From positions 6,510,001-6,574,000 of the forward strand of contig OX597826.1 of the NCBI GenBank assembly GCA_951406725.2: a stretch of 64,000 nucleotides of DNA, in the 5' to 3' direction. Shown here in pieces: positions 42,340-57,009 of the stretch (its first letter is position 1; every line of letters starts with the position of its first letter). This DNA is from Octopus vulgaris. Taxonomy: Eukaryota. The position numbers and the translations under genes were made by a program. The notes beneath the pieces are model-generated. The model had not been told where the DNA came from. It saw only the letters and a list, made by a program, of their open reading frames with translations, and did no database searches.

Positions 42340-43199
42340 ATGAATTAAAACTTGGAGAGGGACAGGATAAATTACCTGCATCAACTTGCTATACAAGCAG
42401 TTAGTAATTTACCTTGTCCTTATTCTTAGTGCACGTTTTGAAGAGTGAAGTTTGATTTTAATAGTTATTTTTTCAAATTTATAATGGAAGTGAAAAAGGA
42501 GCGTATTCGGCAAATTTTGCTGTATAAATTCAGTAAAGGCAACAACGCAACGGAAAGGAGTATTAATGTTGGATATGGGAATCAGGCAATACGCGTAGCC
42601 AGTATCAACGGTTGTTCCAGAAATTCCGAGCCAGAAACTACTAGCTCGAGGAGGACCTGGTGGAACAAAATCTCATCGTAGTTGCAAACCCTGGTGGAAT
42701 AAAATCTCATCGTAACCGTTGAGGAAATAACAGAGAAACTTGGAATTGGTCATTCCACCGTTCATTGACACCTTCGCTAGAAGGAAAACAACCATCTTTG
42801 GTTTCAAGATGAAAGATGCTCATCTATCGAGATAATGCTTGGCCACATATAGCGGGAATGACATTCCAAAGGCCGGAGCGGTTTTAATGGGAAACGATGC
42901 TCCACCCACTATATTCGCCGGACAGGGCCCCAACAGATTATCATTTATTCTGCAGTCTTCAAAATAATTTGGGCAGAAAAAATACGAATTCTGTAGATAA
43001 GGTAAGGAAAGTACAAGAGTATTTTTTGTCATGGACAAGTGTATTTTGGAAGAGGGGCCTTGTAAGCCTACCACATATATGGGAGAGCATAGTAGTAAAT
43101 GAAGGAGTGTATATTTATATTAAAAAAGAAATTGCTTATCTTAATTTTGAAAAATATTAGAAGTATAAATAAACTGCATTATTTATAGAATGACCCAAT
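42340..43199 (+). mobile_element. Decayed mariner element
   Basis: MEVKKERIRQILLYKFSKGNNATE (N-terminal HTH) and HPLYSPDRAPTDYHLFCSLQNNL..FWKRGL..LP..WE. 3' end ...GACCCAA-TA. Confidence 0.88.
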
Positions 43200-43664
43200 A
43201 TAAACACCACCAAATAAACTCTGTTTGGGGTACAGCAACTATGTTTTACTACTCCAATACGCTCGGAAATGAGGTCGGGTCGCACAATTTTCAGGTCATT
43301 ATGGTGTAGACGGAGTGGAAATTAAAATATTGTAAACGTGATTTGGGGGCAAAATCGTATTAACCCCTTTTATACGGTGAAACAATACATATTTTGTGAT
43401 ACTTCTCAAGAACAGAAAGCAATTTCATGCTAACCCCTGCAAATTGTACACTCCCCCTTCACGTTTAAACAAACAATAACTTTCATTTCGGCAATAATCC
43501 AATGCACTTTATATCAGTTGTGCCGATTCTGCCCATAAGGAATGAACAAATAATACAATGTGGCTCTAGGTGATAACACCCAGGCAACGACGGGATGCAT
43601 TGCTACTTTCAATATATATATTCTTTTGTTATCACTTTATTATTATTATTATTATTATTATTAT

Positions 43665-43706
<42 letters not shown>

Positions 43707-44370
43707 TTTACACATATTTTGCGATTTGAGAGAACCATTTTGCGAATAATTAAATAATTAAATACATGTCGTAATTGCCATAAGTAATTCTCTTTTATAC
43801 TTTTTAAAATTTCTTTGTTCTAATTATCATTCTATATCCACATAGCAGTGAGCTGTTCACTTATATTTGTCGCATCCGTTGCCCTTTTTCAAATGGTGAC
43901 CTCTTACATGCCGTATTAATAATTAAATGTGCTCATTTATTTCGCTTCAGCTTTTTATTGTCTTTATCTAAGTAGCGTCAATAGTATTGTCTCCATTTTA
44001 AAATTGTATCCAACAGCGTCGATAATTTGGTAATGGACGTGGCTGAAATAGTTTCATTTGATTATGTTCGTATCTAGCGTACAATTAGTTCAGCTAACAA
44101 TCTTGATTTCTGCTATTAACAGAAAGGAATGTTCTTAATGCTGTGATATTTTACGTTAGTATTTGGTTTTATCGACCCTAGAATGATTGAATGAGAAGTC
44201 GTCCTTGGTAAAAAAAGAAACATATGGTTTATTGCCATTGTTGTATTTTTTAAATAACATGATACGAAATATTACTGACTACGTTATTGTTTTAGAATCG
44301 ATGATTTTTTTCCATTCGAATCGGATTTTATTTAGCCACAAAAATTTGCACTCTCGTGTTCAGCATTATA

Positions 44371-44573
44371 CGAGGAGATACTGAAATTTTCCCAGCTTTG
44401 GGTGATAAAAAATACAGGGCAATCAGTTTATGAATTTCCCCTCAGAGATTCACACACTTATGGCAACCACTCCTCAGTTTTTTCTAAGCCCTGTAAAAGA
44501 ACTCAGAATGTTAAACCTCAAACTAGGTTTTTCACGATACCTTTAGAGTCAGGAACTTTTCAGCATCCCCTCG
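44371..44573. mobile_element. Mariner-type MITE (~200 bp)
   Basis: TA-CGAGGAGATACTGAAATTTTCC at left and GGAACTTTTCAGCATCCCCTCG at right form imperfect TIRs. Confidence 0.7.
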
Positions 44574-44635
44574 AAGGATATCATATAGCTATTCAGTTGC
44601 TAATAAATTCAAAGGCGTACTCGTATATTAAATTA

Positions 44636-45416
44636 CTAGCTGACGTAGCCGGATTTTCCCGGGAAAGCGGGGCTTATCCCTTGGTTCCGCTTTCATAATT
44701 GTTTCACTAATCCAATAATAGCAATACAAAGTATGTAGCCCTTAAAACGGTTTTTGTGCATTTACAGAGAATACCGAACCGTCTTACACAGGATCTTGAA
44801 TTTAGGAATGCTCAAACTGTGAAGTCAGTTATGTAATTACATGAAATTAGTTACCCGATAATAAGAATTAAATAAAGCGTTCCCAGAATATATAGAACGT
44901 AGGAGGAGATACTAATAAGGTATGTATACTAAAATCGGGAAGCATGTTACGTAATAATAGGCTAATCAGATATGAGATAATAAAAAATGAAACTGAATAA
45001 CTCTCAAAAGGGCTTTTGTGCGTTTCCAGAGAATATTACTCTCAGCTGCGCTAGTGTTGGTATATTCGTGAATAAATCATAACCGAAATAAGTTATTTGT
45101 TTATTTGTTTAAGTGTTGTACTGGATAAATAGCGAAAATATCTCTAACAGTTCTAATAATAAGAAATAAGCATACTCAATTTGATTTATACCAAATTATT
45201 TAGGAAAATGAATGGGTTATTTCCCTTGGCTGTTAAAAGGAACTAAATTAGATATATTTAAGGATCCCTTCCAGGAGCCCTATTATGGATTTTTTAAACA
45301 ATCTGAGTATGTCATGAGGTTTCCAGACATGAGTTCTGCTAATATGTCAAGTTTCATCAAAATCGATAAAACTATGTCGTAGGAGTTATAATTAGAATCC
45401 CCACATATATAGTAGA
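44636..45416 (-). mobile_element. Non-autonomous Helitron
   Basis: Minus strand A|TCTACTATATATG... hairpin CCCGGGAAAATCCGG ...CTAG|T. Internal duplicated TTTTGTGC.TTT.CAGAGAATA. Confidence 0.7.
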
Positions 45417-48200
45417 TATTCATTAAATGAGAATACAATCTTATTAATTTTGTAGGCGTACGTCGTAAATAGTTCAGATAGCAGATGTAAAATGAATCTT
45501 AAAAACCTTGCTTAAGGTTACATATACCTTTCTATATTATAGTATGAGTGAAACAAATTCATCGTTTGATAAAATCAAATTTAGATAGAACGCATTTCCA
45601 TATGCATTCTATTTAAATGCATTTCAGGGACCATAGTTAAAGGTAGTTACATATTCAATAGTATAGAATGAATCAACAGGCAAAGTTGGAAACTATCTAA
45701 CCGTTTCAATTTGGAGCCATAATTTTCCCGTTGAAAGAGTAAGAAAAGCTAACTTCAAGAAGAATCTATAATCTTGCATTTAACTGAATGGTTTTTAATT
45801 CCGATGTAATAAATGCTGGAAATAATCCTTCCTGCTAATTAAAAAAAACATTTTCTTGATAATTAGGGACCATGACCGAGAGCATTACATTGCCATTCTA
45901 AATGGACGCCGCCCCATTGTAAGGTTCCATACACATTGAATATTAATTAAATACCGGGTCCTCATCGTCGATTTATAATTAACGCTTCCATTAATCTGTA
46001 TCCCAGCACCAGCCTGTACTTACTTATTAGCGTTCTACTTTGAAAATTTGTTGTATAATGATAAGAATCAATAGTGAACTACATAAGATGCTCAATAAAT
46101 ATTTCTAACATTGTAAATTGTACCCCTCCCAAACACTTCGAAACAATTTTATCAGTTAACGTCTGATAGGGATACTAATAACGATAGTTAACCTTAACTA
46201 TGATATTATTGAAATGCTGAAATCCAACTTTTAATTTATTCCATATGTTAGTGGTTTCAATTTTATTGTACATAACATGAAACAATTTTTATTCCTTTAT
46301 TTGCAAATTAGCGACCGCACCCGTATGTCATCGCTAGACTTGCTAGTAATAGAACAAATTTCATTCAAATTTTCTGCTCCTATCTTAAAACAAGAGACAT
46401 TCGATAATGGCTATCTGCAAGTCCTGTGCATGGCACCTATGTAAATATCTAGAAGGTTCTGAAAGTGATACATTTCACTGGAATTGATTAGGTGTATAAA
46501 TGAGAAGATTTTTAAGCGTTTCTATTATTTACAATAATGTATCTTTAAATTATGTACTAGAAAACTGAAAATAATAGTGTGTGCATGGCGGTTGACATAT
46601 TCCTAAATCCATGCTGGAATGCTTAAAAATTTAGCTGTGCAACCAATGCATTCAGATTTCTTATCCAACAGCCCAGCAGTTTTGGCAAATAACGTATTCT
46701 AGATGCTCGTGTCGATCCATACACTGTGGAGGTAAATATGTATATCAAATCTGCACTGTAGACCATCGATAAGAATATAAATGTAATTCACCTGTACAAA
46801 TATTTCGTACAAAATTCCCCATTGCGTCTACCTGTATATTGCGCTAAATTTGACATATGTCTTGAAAGGTAATCTCCTTGAATCAGACAGTTGATTCGTC
46901 TTCGTCGAAACTGACGGAGAACATTCTATTAATAATATGTAATGGAAGTAAATTTTACAAGATTCTGGTGGGATATTCCTTTCTTCCAATTCAGGTAACC
47001 ATTCACTGTCCCTATAATCTCCTTGATTTACAAGTCAGCATTCTTCTTCAATACAACATAAACCTGCATTAGGTTTAGTGCTAAATTCCATATTAAGTCT
47101 ACGATTTAAGAAATATAAAATTAATGTACTGAGGAAAAGCACCTCCGGTTTATGATTTGTTTATTACATCGGTGCAACTGGTAAAGAAAACGCCACTTGC
47201 TGATTGGTCTAGTGCAAGTTTATCGATGTAATGAAGACGTACTGGCAACTTAGTTATCTCCCTCCAGTTATGTTCAATATTCATATAAAATTGAAATTAC
47301 CAATCAACATGAATATAATAATGAAGTGATTCTGTACGTGAAAACTTTTCTGTTTCAAACCCGAGGCTTATAGCGCAAGTTATTGTATCATTTATCGCTC
47401 AATACTTACTAAATTCTATAATGGATTAGATATAAAAAGAAGTGAAAAACGAAAATGATGATAAAATGCCTAACAGCTGCAATCGGCTTGCTAATGGAGG
47501 GTGTTGTGCACATAATAGCATACAACAAATTTATCTTAAATCATCGTGCACCTCCTTACGACGTATTAGCACCGAAAGGGCATTGTGTTCACACACAATC
47601 ATCAAAAGTGTAGTTGTGAACGAGGCGAGAAACTTTAAAATTCGGTGAGTCTATTTCTCGTAATATAGCACAATGTAAGTTTGTGTATAAAGTGAATATA
47701 AATAATAAAAACATCAGTCAGCTATTGTGAGAGAAAATAGATAATATTAGGGAACTGCAGTTATATTAGAAACTTCCATGTTTAATACACTCAACGGAGC
47801 ACAAGAAACTTATTGCAATGTATAGATTTACGATGATTTAAAACGATGAATGAAACTATTTACTAGATGGTATGGCGTACATATTAAAAGTAATGTGCGT
47901 GGTGCGTTCACACAGCTACGAGACATACAGTAGAGGGATAATATATTTGTAGGATAGTTTAGAAAAATAATACAATTATTTGTATTAAATTCCTTCTTAT
48001 TTCAATATGTTTGTAGCAGTGAGGAGATATTAAATTGTACCATTATAAATATTTGCACATTCTGCGTTACTCTAATAACACTATCTTCAAAGAAGCTCTA
48101 TTAATTTGTTCGTGAGAATGAACACACATGCACTCAGGCAAACACACGCTCACACATACACACACAAATATACATGAATACAAACATATATATATATCTA

Positions 48201-48334
<134 letters not shown>

Positions 48335-48958
48335 CTTATATACATATATATATGCATGTATGTATGTATGTATGTATGTATGTATGTATGTACCAGTCGA
48401 AATTGTTTTGAAAGTGAATTCAACGCTAATTTCCCAGCAGAATTTGAAATCAGTTCAAATGTAAAAGAAATCCGAAATGTGAAATATTTTGATATTTCAG
48501 CTTGTCTGTGGCGTCTGAACAATATCTGTGATCACGGAATTACTTGGTTATATCAAATATTTATATCTACAATATGAATAAACACGTGAAACTCAAATGA
48601 AGACATGAACGATCTGATCGTCCGCAATTCATAACTGTTACTTATATATCAATCACCGAGTGGTATATATCTACCAGGAATATACATAAACTAAGACGGT
48701 AAAGAAGCTCAATGAAATATCCTAATATATTTTTTTCATTCCTATTCAGATTGTTTATACCATCGTCCCCTCAAACATAGACGGGACGAAGACATTCTCG
48801 CCTTCATCCTGACTTATACACCTTTCCTCTTAACTTTTGTGCTTCACTCTTGATAAAGAATTATTAGTTACCTGTGTCTGATGCCCAATATATCTTAACG
48901 ATAACGCATAAACCTAAATGTTCTTTGTAGGCGCTGTTCAAGCTATGGTATGAGGAGC

Positions 48959-49175
48959 AGAATCGTTAGTACGCTGGGCGAAATGCTTTACGGTATTTCG
49001 TCCGCCGCTGCGTTCTAAGTTAAAATTCCGCCAAGGTCGACTTTGCCTTTCATCCTTTCGGGGTCGATAAATTAAGTACCAGTTACGCACTGGAGTCGAT
49101 GTAATCGACTTAATACCTATGTCTGTCCTTGTTTGTCCCATCTGTGTTTAGCCCCTTGTGGGTAATAAAAAAATA
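48959..49175 (+). mobile_element. SINE family D (Meta-domain-like) with 12-bp TSD
   Basis: GTCGACTTTGCCTTTCATCCTTTCGGGGTCGATAAATTAAGTACC. TSD GGTATGAGGAGC at 48947-48958 and 49176-49187. Confidence 0.88.
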
Positions 49176-49944
49176 GGTATGAGGAGCCCCACTGAAAAAT
49201 CAAATTTCCTTTTCAATTAATTCTAATTTTCAATTAAGACTAGGAAAACATTATAATGATCATGGGGTGCTGGCGAAACAACGAGAAGGGGAATGTTCTT
49301 CAGGTCTAGTATATTTGAATGTGGATTTTGCTCATCTCTGGTTTTAGTGAAGAAAGAAGATATCTTCGATTTGGACGACAAATGTTCGTGGAACAAAGAA
49401 TTCGCCGATTTACTAGTGACTGTGCCTTGTTTTTTATCGCATGTTTTCCGCAATTGAATATACCACATGGCTGGAACCTTATTCTCCCAAGAGAACAGGC
49501 TGCTTCCGGAGTAATCAACCAACAAAATATTTGCTGATGTGTGAAGATGTCTGCCAAACATAATAATCGATGGGGTACGCGGAAAATAGCAGAGATCCAA
49601 ACAGCATCCCATTCACTCTTAATACAGACCGGTGGCGTAAACAACATCAATCAGAAATTCACGTTCGAATCTGTCAGAACTTGTAAAGAATGAATTGGTA
49701 AGTTACGGATTATAACGGTCATAGATTAAGTTATTTAATTTGTCGTTTTGTTTCAGACACCAAATATTTATCAGTTATACAATAATTAGTCGCTTCATAG
49801 AAACAGTACTTTTGATTTTATTTCCTTTAAAATATTTAGGGTTCTGATTTGAGGAACGTCTTGAGAAGGAAATTGATGTACCCAGCTCATTTCATTACTG
49901 ATGTCGTTTCAAATTTGTATAAAACCAATTCATTTTCCCAATGG

Positions 49945-50310
49945 AATGTGGATTACTTTTGTAAGAAATCTATTCAAAATTAATATTATGATAACAAATG
50001 TGAATAAAATTAATATCATAGTAAGAAATATGATTACGAAACTTATTATGGGAAGAAATGTGATTAGTATTAATATAATAGTAAGGAATGGAACTAGAAT
50101 TAATATTATGGTAACGTGAATGTGTGTGATGAAGATGAATATTAAGTTACGAAATGTGAATGAAATTAATATTATTGTAATGAATGGGGCTGAGATTACT
50201 ATTAATTTAATAAACGTAACCAAGAGTGATAGTATGTTATTTAATATAGGTGAGATTAATATTACGAGATTAATAAATGGTGTGGTAAGGAATGTGATTG
50301 CGATAAATTT
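49945..50310. repeat. Degenerate 30-bp minisatellite
   Basis: Units resembling ATTAATATTATGGTAAGGAATGTGATTAGA recur every ~30 nt. Confidence 0.8.
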
Positions 50311-51429
50311 GATCGATTCCGGGAACACTACCATAACTGTCGAACTCTTCGTCTCTCGAGAAACGCAAACAGGTGCAACATTCGTTTCGTACCTGTGGTC
50401 ATATAGATCCGTGAAATTCTCATAATGACATTGCCGAGAGGTACGTTTCTAGAAGGTAGTAAGATCTGGATCTGTAAGTATTGTATTATGATTACACACA
50501 TACAGGAACACACACACATACAGACACACACACACACACTCACTCTGTAGCTGTCTCTCTGTCTCTCTGTCTCCCTATCTCTCCCTTTCTTTCTCTCTCT
50601 CTTTTTCTCTTGAACTTGTTTATTAATCTTGAAAATATTGGTAGTTGTGAATGATTTGGGTCCTACTTTTTAGAAGGCAAAACATTCCTGGTCCTAGGAA
50701 GGGAATATTTTTGTATTTCTCAGATTATAAAAAATAATCTCATTAAAATCGAATTAAAGATAAAATATTAGTAGTAATGAAGATTACTCCAAAACAACAG
50801 AGAACGCTGTAAACTAATGCAGAAACTGGATGTTGAGGATCACACTGAAATATATACCCAATACACCACACTTTAATATAAAAGATCATAAATCTCATTT
50901 TAATATTAACCAAATCAGATCTGGGACGAATTAGTAAAAACATGTTAGATAGGATTATCCCTATGATGAAGGAAAACTAAATAGTAATATATGGTTTAGC
51001 TCGGGGCTATTTATAACGTGGTTCCATCTACTACCGAATAAGCCCAATTGCTTTTTCTACAATGTGATTTTAACAATCACTTTGCGTCCAAACCATTGGA
51101 CAAAGTCATCATTTTAGCTAGAAGTTTCTCTAATATTACACCACTTGAAGTCGTTATAATACCGTTACCTAGAAAGACACAAGAAATACGGTTGTAGATA
51201 CAAAAATTCAGGACTTGAGCATAAATCTTTCTATGCAAACCAGAACCAAGTTGGTAAAAGTAAAATTCGTATCCACGACTAACACCTCCTCTACCGCTTA
51301 CACACACGGTAAAAACTGTTCGTGGTGATGTTCAAACCATTACACGTTTGAATGTCTTGCAAACAACTTGCACATGCAAGTGCTATCAGTCAAAATCTCC
51401 GTATACCGGAAGCCAGCAATTATATGTGG

Positions 51430-51830
51430 TCATCAGGAGAGAATGTGCGTCGTTCCAGGGCCTACCTTACGACGGCATCAATGCGCGCCCCCCACCCTCA
51501 CTGATATGAGGCCCCGCTTGCTAGATCAGCTGGTTATCAAAAAAGCTCAATATTCTTCTAGCTATCACTCATCGTCTCTTTTTAACCAAATCCAGTGGCT
51601 AGCCTTTTCCACTGTGGTTTGGATATCGGTCGTGGTGGTATTGACTTTACGATGAGTTAGGCCTAACGATAACAACAGTCGTCTCACACTGTGTCCAACG
51701 AACCCTCTACATCCGACTTCGATAGGAAAATTGTTCTGCTTTCCAGTATTTTATATTCAGCATTCTTTAGTATGTGAAACCGCTGAGCTCATTCTTTGTG
51801 GAGACATCAGTATACTGGGGATATCTTAAA
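51430..51830 (-). mobile_element. 3' fragment of a restriction-like-endonuclease non-LTR element (R2 superfamily, Hero-like)
   Basis: Minus strand FPIEVGCRGFVGHSVRRLLLSLGL and TVEKASHWIWLKRDDE*, followed by a GC-richer 3' UTR. Confidence 0.8.
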
Positions 51831-52484
51831 TAATTATATATAACATGATGTAATTAGTCGAAACATTTTGAACACCTTAATCGTTTATTTCTCTTTTTCA
51901 GTATCCTCGATGTGTAGAGTTCACTCGTATTTAAATATATCTCCTGTGCGGATTCTGTATAGCTAGAATCTTTATAGATGAAATATTTTACTCATTAAAT
52001 ACTGGCAAGTTTGGTATTAATTTGATTTCCTTCATATAAAACATGTTATTTCAATTACTAACTCTTCACTATTTTATTGTAATTAAAATTTATAGTGAAT
52101 GGCAGGTCGGACAGATATGTATTTCATATTTAATGTATTGGGAAATTATCGAAGTACAGCTGACATAGTTTGTTACATAATTAAGTAACTGAGTAATTAA
52201 CAACAGATGATCTAAATTAAATATATCTCACAAAGTTTTCAATAATGTTAAACACGCAGCATTTACAGTACATATGATTATGAAATTTTGCATCTTAAAT
52301 TTAGTCGCAATATTTACTAACGAGACAAGAAATGATTTTGTTTCGTGTTGTTAAAGAATGTAATTTATGGAAAAATGTTCTTTGCACATGCTACGGCTAT
52401 TACTTTCAGGAATCACTCGTCGAAATACAGAATACTTTATGTATGTATCTATATGTATGCATATGTGTGTGCGTGTGTATGTAT

Positions 52485-52526
<42 letters not shown>

Positions 52527-52694
52527 GTACGTAATACATACATAAATATATACATACATACAGAACTCAGATTCAAAACGTACAACCAAACAAAAAACAT
52601 TACACGTAGGTGGTGACTATTAGATTTGTAAAAAAAATCTCTTCAATCAAGATATGTTAGAGTGCGGTTTGACATACATATGAGTGTATATATT

Positions 52695-52762
<68 letters not shown>

Positions 52763-52789
52763 TAGATAGATAGATAGATAGACATATGC

Positions 52790-52830
<41 letters not shown>

Positions 52831-52857
52831 TATAAATGTGCATATATATGTATATAT

Positions 52858-52940
<83 letters not shown>

Positions 52941-54107
52941 ATATATATTCCATTTCAACACACATGCACACACGTATAGTGGGAATATGTATACGCTTTC
53001 CATTAAAGTATGCTTTCGTCTATAATCTCCATATTCCATATAATTTGCAAAGAAATATGCACTTTGTATGCCAAGATCATGACACAACGTCTCAGACACT
53101 GATGGCAATATCTTCTCATTATTAACACCACCTGAAAAATTACCTATTATTTAAATGTCAACGGTAGTCTTACTGAGATTTCTACTACAGCTTGAAGGAT
53201 TTATTTTCCCCTTATAACATATAAAATTTCATGTGTTATATAAGCTTATGATATTTACAAAGCAGAGCAGGTTTTGCATCATTCACTGTAAGATAACTTC
53301 CCAATCCTTAGCAGCAAATTGGAGAGCATGCATACGTGCAATAAAACATATCTAATTCGTATAATGCATGTATCAACAGACGCATACTAGACATTAATAA
53401 CGTATTAAAAACAAATACTAATTTTGGAATATCTTGATATAAATCACACAGAAATATATCTCAAACTCGTCGAGGCTGTCCACCACTTCTCTATTCACAA
53501 ACGAAGTCCATAAAGTATTCACACATGGATTGCTCTTTAGTTTAATTACAACACTTCCCTAGGATTTCTCCGCTTCTTTTTATGTCTTCCACGGGGATTA
53601 TTCTACGATTTATCAGCAGGATTGGAAGCGAAATTACAATAAAGCTCATAAGAACTACTTCCTTAATGAAGTAGTCAAACACCCCCAATGAATTGTGAAT
53701 ACGAAATATATTCTACAGTTAATCATTTTTGTATTTGTGGAATGATAATCGGTGAAATACCGTGGTGTTCACGATAAAACATGGCGCCATTTTTCTCCCT
53801 TGTGTTACTTCGCGTTTTCTTACAGTTCGGTTGTAGTAATTCCCCATATATTGTTCTTTAATTATTAGGCGAGTCAATTCACGATCATGATGAATTAGCT
53901 ACGAAACCGCTTATATTAGCTATACTAAGAAAAAATCCATAAAACTTTGTTGAAAAACGGTATCTGTCCGTAAGTATCTGCAATGATCGGAATGTAAGTT
54001 ACTGATACGCATATTACGTTAAAATCTTTATAACTGGAATAAATACATCAGGGAGACTCTAACGATTGGTACATGCAAGAATATTTAAAACAACAGAACA
54101 CGGCAGA

Positions 54108-54420
<313 letters not shown>

Positions 54421-54940
54421 TGAATGTATATCTTTGTATGTGTTTATGTATGTATACTTAATATACGTTATACCATTCATCTGTGTATTCATTATAGGTT
54501 TTTTTAACTTACCATTCTGTGTATGTTTTTCGTTTGTGCATTTGCTATACATTTGTTCCTTATAAATGAACAGAACGCTCTATACCTTGGTCATGTATGT
54601 ATGCATGTTTGTATGTATGCATGCATTCATGCATGGGCGGACGGTCGGATGGATGAAAACATTTCCTGCAGTTAAAAATTAGCAATAATATTTAAACTAT
54701 TTAAAACGATAAAACTTAGGATTGACTTGATATCGGCAAATGTTTCTGAAAAAGGTGTTTGCAGATTTTAGCCTTTCAATCACGTGTATTAAAATGTAAT
54801 CTTCATACTGACGTACATATATTTACCACCATGATAAAACTTACATGTATATACGTAGTTTTCTGTGTATTATACAGCAGACAGAGAACATACAAAGATG
54901 AAACCGTAAGTAAAGTAATACATATTTATGATAGTATTCA

Positions 54941-55372
54941 GTAATACATATCTGGAAGATCCTGGAAGGGATTGTGCAAAATTTTGGCATTGAAAGCTAC
55001 ACCAATGCTAGAACAGGCCGACACAGTATAGTGCCAAAGATCCCAGCAATGCCATCACGCTTCAGGACCAGCTACTGCAACAGCCTGGGTTTCAAGGGCC
55101 CACAGCTTTTTAATATTCTCCCAAAGGGTCTGAGGAACTTGCACAAAGTAGATGTAGCGGTTTATAAATCAAAGCTGGTCCTCTTCCTGTCAAGTGTCCC
55201 AGATGAACTTACCTCACGGCAAGAGGTGCAAATGAGGGTAGCTATATCAAACTCCATTCTTCACCAAGAGTCACATATTAGAGGAGGCTCTTAGTAATAA
55301 CAGTGTAGCACAAAACGACGGTGCATCACCATGGCCGCAGCTCTGAGCTGAAACTAAAAAAAGAAATAAAGA
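54941..55372 (+). mobile_element. 3' end of a CR1/L2-group LINE (ORF2 C-terminus plus 3' UTR)
   Basis: IWKILEGIVQN..NSLGFKGPQLFNILPKGLRNL..YKSKL..FLSSVPDE..SNSILHQ, then a short UTR with a stem-loop and an A-rich tail. Confidence 0.85.
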
Positions 55373-56362
55373 ACTCATTCGTTTTCTTACGTTTCTAACG
55401 GGCAATTCATAGACCAAAAGTTTTGACAGACGACATTGTATTGCTCTAAATTAGGTTTGATCTCAGAGCACATAATTGTAATTATGTGTAGAAGTCATAC
55501 AGTTCCATACTACAAAATGAACGCCTGGCTATGGCAACCGAAAAGGTTTTCATAAAACTTTGAAATTCTGACAAATGACAAACATCTTTGATGTAGGCGC
55601 TATGTGAAATCAGAACAAAATGTACTAGAAAAATATCACTAACGATTTTGTTCCATGCGCTAACAATTCTACCATTTCACCGCCCTTACTTCATACATAC
55701 TTGATAGTAGAGAACAACTGAAATTTCTTCATCAACGAATTGAAACTTTTTGGCTTTGCTAGGGAAATATTTATTAACAATGATCATGTTCCACGTTGAA
55801 GAGATGATTAGGAAAAATAAACAACAGCCACATAATTTAGTTTTCCTTTCGTTAGTCCATTCATTTAAAATATAGCAAAATACTTGAGCTTAGAGATTTT
55901 CTGTCTAAATTGGATTCTATTTTTAATTCACTTGATACTAAATGGATGTGAAAACATTAATTTGAAGTATTGAAATACTCTTGATGCCCCTGACGAAACT
56001 GTGGTATTTTTATTCCATTCTATTAAAGCATCTAATTAATGGTTGGTATGTAGACAATTTGTTTTGGTTAATGATTAGCAAGTTTTAATTTAGTTTTCTT
56101 TCTAATCTAAAATTAATATTTTATTACTGACCGTAGGCAATGGTAGGTCAATTCATCAGGTGAGTTATAATAGCAAACATCGACCAGATATACACATGCG
56201 CGCGCACACACACACAGACACACAGACACCTACACACATACACACACAACACATACACACTTACGTACCTAGGTATATACATGTATAGATGTATGGATAT
56301 ATATCTGCGTACATGTACGTATATATATATATGTGTGTATATATGTATGTATATATATATGT

Positions 56363-56397
<35 letters not shown>

Positions 56398-56412
56398 TGT
56401 ATATGTATATAT

Positions 56413-56446
<34 letters not shown>

Positions 56447-56573
56447 ATAATATATAATCTATACACATGCCTATGTATATGTATACATATACATGCATAC
56501 ACCCCCACGCACATCTATAGACATATATTTATATATGCATATATATGTATACACGTATGTATATGTAGATTTT

Positions 56574-56605
<32 letters not shown>

Positions 56606-56640
56606 GTACATATGTATATATATATGTACATATATATGTT

Positions 56641-56682
<42 letters not shown>

Positions 56683-57009
56683 AATCTATGTATGTGTGTG
56701 TGGGGGAGGGCGTATGTATTCTGAATATTAAATACCAATGAGGAAACAGTCACTGAATTGTAAATAAAAATGTTATTTTTATGTAAATATTGAAACATTC
56801 CAGCCTAAATAGTAATTGCATTTGACAGTTTTGCACTATTTTTGTAAATTTTGCATGTTTGGATTAGTTTGAATTGTATTTCGTTAGAGAAATGGAGATT
56901 CTCAAGTTTTGTACGGTGTCCGTCTGGAAAAAGCGTAGGTTGTCCGCTAGTTAAACAGCTGTGAATATATATGAGTAAATGTTTATAGTGGAAGATGTGA
57001 GAGGAAGAC

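Noticed and set aside
46310-46347. Hairpin followed by CTAG-T resembling a Helitron 3' end
   Set aside because: No matching 5' TC end could be identified; too short to support.
49306-49650. 114-aa minus-strand ORF as a standalone gene
   Set aside because: Alternative frame overlapping the decayed cyclase exon; no recognisable domain.
49945-50310. Regularly spaced repeat as a CRISPR array, or as alternative-code (TAA=Gln) contaminant coding sequence
   Set aside because: Units are contiguous and degenerate, with no unique spacers and no cas genes. TGA stops also occur in that frame.
50449-50451. In-frame TAG where Trp would fit (DPDLTTF*KR), suggesting UAG>UIG rescue by A-to-I editing
   Set aside because: The locus has many other stops and frameshifts that editing cannot repair. 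The TAG could also simply be a splice acceptor.
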